Part shown: positions 57,769-64,000 of the stretch, in pieces
Layout of the letters: the number at the start of each line of letters is the position of its first letter
Position numbering within the stretch: position 1 is the first letter of the stretch
From: Priapulus caudatus
Lineage: Eukaryota
Assembly (NCBI RefSeq): GCF_000485595.1
Contig: NW_014577074.1
Location: 1,438,467-1,502,466, forward strand
Direction: 5' to 3'
DNA length: 64,000 nucleotides
Position numbers and translations under genes: made by a program
The notes under the pieces: generated by a model
Databases searched by the model: none
Told to the model about the DNA's origin: nothing
The model's input: only the letters and a program-made list of their open reading frames with translations

Positions 57769-59281
57769 GTAAAGCGCGTTGTCATCTTGATTAAATAATT
57801 TCAGTTATAATGAAATTTCTCAACAATCTACATATTATATCATCTATGAAAATATTAATATTTCTCGTACAATCATGCATGCGCACATAAAGATTTCATA
57901 TTAAATGTTCTACTTCTAAAATATAATAATTTAGTTTTCGATCTGCATAAAACAGTTTTCAACACAAAATCATATCATATACCCAAATAAAAGCTATACT
58001 TTTACAACTTAAACTATTACTTGTATTCACAGATTTACTTATGTATATTTTGATAAAATAACCAAGATCTATGAAATCATCTACAGACTGCCAAAGAATT
58101 CACAACACTTTAGTATGATAAATGGTGCTGTAATACACGACACTTATCATTCTTCTTTTCTACGGAGGAATGAATGCTGAAATATATATATATATACATA
58201 TACACACACGCACGCACGAGGGATACATCACACACCCCATTCGCCCGCACGCACCTCACACCGACACGCACGCACGCACGCACGCACGCATGCACGCACG
58301 CACACACACACACACACATATCTACATATCTACATACACTAAAATAATATCCAACTGTAGGATTTGATGGACGATAGCGCCATCATTGTTCCCATTGTGA
58401 TGTGGTGGCCGTAACTGTATGGCCACATCACTGAACATAAAAATAACTTTGTTTGTTGTTCAAATGCCCACATAGAATCATTCCATTGGTGGGGAGGAGG
58501 TATTGTGTCTGTCTTTACATGATCAAAACATGACCGGATATGTGAACATCCACAACAGATGACACATTTTTTATATTTTAAATCAATGAGGTTTCATAGA
58601 AACGTTTTGATAGAACCTAATGCTTTTCTATTTTCATGTACTGGCCAACGTTATTTACTTGGAATTCTTAAAATGTTTTTATAAATATCAGATGAGATTT
58701 TGTGGAGTGAATCCCAAAGACATTGATTTTTAGTTTTTTAACACTCAAAAACTGATGAAATTCGGCCACTTAAAACAAGCCATATTCTCAGCAACGTTTA
58801 CCAATAACTTACTGTAAATCATTCACTATACAGATTTTCATGTGTATGCATTGCATACCTTTGAGATACAAGACTTCTATAACTTTATATTACCAAATTC
58901 TAGTTTAAAAAATATTAGGTTTTATATTACTCTTATCATCGTGATATCGCTACCTAATCTACTCAATAGTCATTTGATATCACGGACAATAACATAATAC
59001 AGACGCCCTTTTCAACTTTCCATTACAACCAGTATAAACCATCCTTGCCTGCAAGTAGCTTTACTATAAAATAAGGAACATATAATTTACACGTGATTTT
59101 TTGCGTATCCAAAGGAAACGAGAGTTTTATAAATCGAGGGCTAAAATTCCCACGCTATCAGCACAAATAACAGAACGCCGACGTACTCGAGCTAACGCGA
59201 GGCCATCGCGCCCCACAACCAACACCTTCACGAGCCACCGCCGACCCCTCGCTCCCGCGCGCACACGCCGCGGCAGCGTCG

Positions 59282-60112
59282 TCAGGCGTAGAATATGATC
59301 TCGGGTATCTGTCCGCCCTGCACGCCCGTGCCGTTGGTGCTCTCCGACGAGCACTGGAACTGGAAGGCGACGCCGTGGCACGTCACCTCGCTCATGCCCT
59401 CCTGCCCGAAGTAGCTGAGCTCGGTGCCGTCGAGAACTACGCTCGCCGTGTAGAACTGGTCCGGCTCGATCTGCACCGGATGGTCGAGGTAGACGGCGAA
59501 CGGGTTGCTCGAGCCGTCCGAGAAGAAGTGCGTGCTGTTCTCGGCGAGCATGCCGCCGGCGCGCTTCAGCTCCAGCCGCACGGTGTACGCCGCCGAGCCG
59601 TTGCTCGAGCCGTACAGCCCGAAGCCGGCGACGAACACGCGCGCGTCCACCGCAAACTGGATGCTGTCGCAGCGGCCGCGGTAGCGCCACTGGTTCGTGC
59701 GGTACGCCGACGACTGGAAGCGGCGGCACCAGCGCGGCTTGAGGCCGTCGCGCGCGCACGTCGGGAAGTCGATCGCCGGCTTGCGCGTCGCTGTGTGGTA
59801 GAGGAAGACGTCGGTGGCCTCGCGCAGCGTGAGCATGCCCGAGCCGACGACGTCGTCCGCGTAGTCGGTCAGCGCGATGACGGGCACGCGGATGAGGTGG
59901 AACGCGCGCTGCAGCGCCGCGCGCTTGTTCTCGGCGCTCGGCGGAAGCTCGCGGCGCCCGCACTCGTGCGCGGCCCAGCGCACGGCCGCGTTGTAGATGG
60001 ACAGCTCGCTGGCGTTGAGCGTCTCGCGGCTGAGCACCGTCTCCAGCGTGTGGTAGTCGATCTCCGTGAAGCCGTCCGACTCGATCGCCTTCTCCGCCTG
60101 CGCGTCAATCAC
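59282..60112 (-). CDS. BTBD3/BTBD6: BTBD3/6 terminal coding exon (end of BACK plus PHR domain)
   Basis: Acceptor ctcctcag|GTG ATT GAC; 277 codons ending in TGA; PHR signature. Confidence 0.97.
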   Translation of the reverse strand: MIDAQAEKAIESDGFTEIDYHTLETVLSRETLNASELSIYNAAVRWAAHECGRRELPPSAENKRAALQRAFHLIRVPVIALTDYADDVVGSGMLTLREATDVFLYHTATRKPAIDFPTCARDGLKPRWCRRFQSSAYRTNQWRYRGRCDSIQFAVDARVFVAGFGLYGSSNGSAAYTVRLELKRAGGMLAENSTHFFSDGSSNPFAVYLDHPVQIEPDQFYTASVVLDGTELSYFGQEGMSEVTCHGVAFQFQCSSESTNGTGVQGGQIPEIIFYA

Positions 60113-62366
60113 CTGAGGAGCGGTCGAAAAGACGCGAGTAACGATTAAAAAATGCCGCGTACGAGAAACGATAAAAAAGCCTCACGTGAGTAACGACGAA
60201 AAATGGTATGAGAGACGATGGTACACGAGAAACGGTAGAAAACGCCGCGCGCGAGTAACGGTTTTAAAAATGTTGCGAAAAGTGTGAGAAATGGAAAGGT
60301 TTTGTGCATGAGAAATAGTGAAAAAAAAAGTTCTACATAATGAGATGATAAAACAATGCTGTACATGAGAAACTGCATTTATAATATACAATAAAAAAAT
60401 GCATGTCAGAAACAGTAACAAAAGCTTCCACTGTTGATCCTGTGCCACCGTATGTGGATAGGGTCATTGTAGGAAGATGACTCTCTCACTATGAAGGTCT
60501 GTAGCATTTCCCTAGAAACAGGTTTCCCCCACCCCTGCAGCAAACAATCAGTAGGCCACACTGTATACACCTACCTGCCAACACCGCTCCATGAGTTCTG
60601 GTTCCTCAAACAACCGACTCTGACTCAGCAATAGGCAGGCATTTTTCGCAGTCAAACTCGTCTCTAGGAATTTGACACAGGCCCCCGCGAGATAAGGCAG
60701 GATGTACTTCTTTGCTGCATACAGAGTAGCCAGTACAGTGTCTGCCTCAAGTTCTATCTCATCCGTATACAGATACCTGCAATGAAAATCATCAACACGT
60801 AAACGGATACACTGCCAACAGACATAAAATCTACAATATGCTTAAAAATTTGCATTTGAAATTCATTTTTCTACAGAACCATTTATTAATTATATTCCAT
60901 TCATACCTACTATACTATGAAATAATTATATAGTACCACATCAGTGATAGAAATAATAACGTGTAACAAGAAAATTTGTACCCTGTACATATCCTGTTGA
61001 TTCACTGTGCATGTGTGTACAATGCCACGTGCGCCACAAACCGTTTGATTGAGTGATAATGACAATAATGTTGGATACATTAGAGATGATGCTGATAACT
61101 AATGTTATTCATTTCTTGGCAATAATCCAGTACACACCTCAACATGGCAAGAAATGCTGCGGGTTCAACGTCAGGAATTGCTACCTCCTGCCGGTCCTCA
61201 GCCAGGGGTCCATAGAACATGGCATAGAATACAGAGCTCCCTGTAGCGAGCACATACTTGTGAGCAGGAATCCTCTGTGTCTGACCTGCCAAGGAAAAAC
61301 TTTGCGATGAAGCAGGGGTAATAGGGCAGTAATATAATCGCTAGCTAATATAATTGCTATTTACCACCGCCTTAAAATATGTTTGGTAGGGGCGACCAAC
61401 ATCTGACATGATGACAATGGTTCGACTTACCATGGTGTACACAAATTGGAAATAAACGTGCAATATTAACATAGAAGGGTCTTCACAAAAATGCTGCATA
61501 GGTTTTTAACCGAAACAGTGCACGGGTCTGGCTTGAAACAGCAAGGTTGGTTTATGTCACATTGGTTAATCATCACACAGCAAAAATACTCTTACAAAGA
61601 TGGAACAGAGTATTAACATAAATTCGCTCTCCTGCTCATTGTCTTTTTATAGGCTAATTATGTTGTTGTAAAACCTCAATACTTTTGCAATAACTAAATT
61701 CTGTCAGATTTGCTGTAGTTCCTCTGCCGACATTGCAAAACTGAATGCTAGCCCGATTTTTCTAATAGTCCTATCCATGCCTGACACAAGCACAGCCAGC
61801 TCAAACTTACCTTTTGATCCGACGATGAAGTAGATGTCAGCCATGAGCTCATTGTTGTACATGACATTGTTGCGTTCGCGTATACTAGACTTCATTGACT
61901 GCCAGCTTGAATCACTCAGTTGGTTCATAGTAATCGACCTGCATTTCATATGTGAGCATGTTATAAAGTTGTACGCATTTAAAATAATTGTGCCGTAAAT
62001 CTTTTGCATACTATTTCTCTACTAGTGTACTATAATTGACTCAGGGGTTTGCTGTGTTCATAATAAATATAGGTTCTTGGTACCAACTGGTAAATGCCGA
62101 AGAACAAATGATTTAATTATTGATAAGTTGTAATATTTTAAGCAATAGAAAACCATAAGCAGGAGTAAGCATGAATCTTACTGGACAGCAGGTTTTGGAC
62201 ACAGTGGCTGTGGTGCAGGAGCTGTGACCATGGCAGCAGAAGCGCTCTCTAGTATGTTGTCAACATCTTGTTCAATGTTGTTATCCTCTTCGTTTTCTGA
62301 AGCGCTGAGCATGACTGCATTACCCGACATGTCTGCAGAGATGTTTGCAACCCGCATTGCTTCCAT
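59282..62366 (-). CDS. BTBD3/BTBD6: BTB/POZ-BACK-PHR domain protein, BTBD3/BTBD6 (lute) subfamily; spliced CDS join complement(62182-62366, 61811-61938, 61138-61285, 60575-60776, 59282-60112), 1494 nt, ~497 aa
   Basis: Manually spliced exons with GT-AG boundaries and matching phases (2,1,2,0) give one continuous frame. Motifs: [50 protein letters not shown] (BTB); [36 protein letters not shown] (BACK, BTBD3/6-type rather than BTBD1/2); [24 protein letters not shown]...[18 protein letters not shown] (PHR). The start codon is tentative because an acceptor lies 4 nt upstream of it. Confidence 0.95.
60575..60776 (-). CDS. BTBD3/BTBD6: BTBD3/6 coding exon 4 (BTB end / BACK start); not in the ORF track
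   Basis: ttcattgcag|G TAT CTG ... TGG CAG|gtaggt; translates [67 protein letters not shown]. Confidence 0.96.
61138..61285 (-). CDS. BTBD3/BTBD6: BTBD3/6 coding exon 3 (BTB core)
   Basis: tccttggcag|GT CAG ACA ... TTG AG|gtgtgt; translates [48 protein letters not shown]. Confidence 0.95.
61811..61938 (-). CDS. BTBD3/BTBD6: BTBD3/6 coding exon 2
   Basis: aaatgcag|G TCG ATT ... AAA G|gtaagt; translates [42 protein letters not shown]. Confidence 0.92.
62182..62366 (-). CDS. BTBD3/BTBD6: BTBD3/6 first identified coding exon (low-complexity N-terminus)
   Basis: Acceptor gattacag|GCAT ATG at 62370; open frame [15 protein letters not shown]...PKPAV; donor CA|gtaaga in phase 2 joins exon 2 to give CAG. 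No conserved motif, so support is splice and phase only. Confidence 0.75.
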
Positions 62367-62849
62367 ATGCCTGTAATCGTGTAAATATATGCACATGAGC
62401 ATGAATACAGTCAACATGTGTGTTCATTACATACCGCTGGTTGCAATGCAAGCCAGAGCCAAGCTCAATGTTGAGTACACTGTAACACAATCATAACCTC
62501 GGATTCATCTAGATATCTTTCTAATCTTATACACAAATCTTAGCTTCTTACAAAGCAATGCCCAGCATTCTCGATGTGAGGATCCAGAAGGTATGGTATT
62601 GGATTCACGCCTATTAAAAACTAGTAGCTGTCCGACTAAATTTGAAAAATAACACGACCTTTGCAGCTTTTGCAATAAACTCAGTGTCCTAAATCAAATG
62701 GCAATTATTTGATCGACTACAAGTGCAAAATCATAGAAATAATCAAACTATGGCTAATATACAGGGTGTTACATTATTTGGCAATGTGTTTACTTTTACA
62801 TCAGGGAAACTGTGGTTAGCTCAGAATTTATTAAGGGAAAAACGTGGTT

Positions 62850-63200
62850 ACAAATCGAGAACTCACAATCACAGTACAGTGATACCCTGCAATATGCAAC
62901 AATTAGTGTAACATTAATCCGCAAGTTTGCCAAGCAATTTCGCCCCAAATCGGTTAGGTGACGTCACATGTTGCTACGGGTGTTGAGCAGAGAATATAGT
63001 CGTTTACATTTTAAGATAGTTGTAGTATTGTGAACTGCAGTGTATGTAACATCAATGGCTATTGGGAAAGTAATAATAGGCAGCGTAATAAACTCTGAGA
63101 ATAACGTATTGATTTTAGGCTTGATATCGCAAACGATAATATGTCATTGCGCTAGCAGCGTACGAGCGAAAAACGCACACAGGCCGTAGAAATCTTTGCT
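62850..63200 (-). promoter_or_regulatory. Candidate promoter / first non-coding exon region of the BTBD3/6 gene
   Basis: CpG reappears upstream of the CpG-poor gene body; palindromic CRE TGACGTCA at 62959-62966; possible donor gtgagt (minus strand) near 62860. An upstream exon is implied by the acceptor at 62370. Confidence 0.25.
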
Positions 63201-64000
63201 ATACCCGCAGTACGGTTGCTTGGCAGAGCAACGCGAAAGTGTCAACAACATCGGAGAATTTGAACAACATTGGAGGTATTTCCAAATACATTTTATAAGA
63301 CAACACGCAGTGAAATGGGAGGAACTACAGTTTATTTTGTCATAAGGTAGTATGATTATGCATGACACGAAGTCTAGTACTGGAGAAATTAGCGTGTAGA
63401 TGCGCATATTGTGGCTTTAAACTCGGAAAATGAAACAAATCTGCTCTTAGGGAATATGTCACAAGATTGAGTGGGTTATTTTACTCAAAATGGTATGGCT
63501 AATCAGCATAAATGAAATGTATGTAATAAATATGCAACCAACATCCAACATGGGATGCATGTTTTCTTTGATACGTGGAATGTAACGCTATCGCATTTGG
63601 CAGTTTGACCTATATGTGCATTGTAAATGTGTAATATTTAAATGTAGGTGTTCCGGCATTCAGTCCCCCACTGTACCCATTATTATTCCAATAGCAGTTC
63701 ACGATGAACGCAGGTTATAGCTACAGTGAGCTGTACAAAGAGAAGATCAGCAACGAACTTTAGATAAATTTTGTGCATGAAAGTCAGGGCTTGAAACACC
63801 CAAAACTCTGACGATGATAATGTAATGAACGAGCCAGCTGGCAATCCTATCTCTCCACCTCCCATCTAGTTATTTTAATTCTGAACTCTCTTTCTGTCCT
63901 AGTGTTATCCCAATACTGTATTACACCCTTGAATATTTAAATAATTTAATGTTTTAAGAATTTTTGCAGTGTATTTATATCGCCTTCTCTTAGCTGAAAG

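Noticed and set aside
5487..58367. Numerous ERER, LSLS, HTHT, CVCV and IYLS ORFs
   Set aside because: Translations of di- and tetranucleotide repeats.
19720..58770. CTGATGA hammerhead-ribozyme core words at several sites
   Set aside because: None showed a properly placed GAAA with pairing stems on inspection.
59127..60148. Overlapping ORFs 59375-60148 (+, 257 aa), 59127-59963 (-) and 59869-60108 (-)
   Set aside because: Shadow frames created by the extreme GC3 of the real BTBD exon; Arg/Ala-rich with no domain.
63683..63865. Minus-strand ORF as an upstream BTBD exon
   Set aside because: No recognisable similarity and no convincing in-phase splice donor identified.

Overview
Eukaryotic (invertebrate-animal-like) genomic DNA from a draft assembly with five N-gaps and several noisy, apparently long-read-filled microsatellites. 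One protein-coding gene is well supported: a minus-strand BTB-BACK-PHR gene of the BTBD3/BTBD6 (Drosophila lute) subfamily. It has five coding exons between 62366 and 59282, all with GT-AG introns and consistent phases, giving about 497 aa. The first ~57 kb has no convincing coding sequence. It holds microsatellites, two structured minisatellites, several MITE-like or palindromic elements, a Helentron-associated (HINE-like) element, a probable DNA-transposon terminus and heavily decayed retroelement fragments. Nearly all ORFs in the supplied track are repeat or shadow artefacts. I found no CRISPR array, rRNA, tRNA or recognisable miRNA, and no clear evidence of a novel multi-gene system. The most notable observations are the abrupt GC3/CpG switch inside the BTBD gene, a forkhead-motif-rich higher-order minisatellite and the long gene-free flank.
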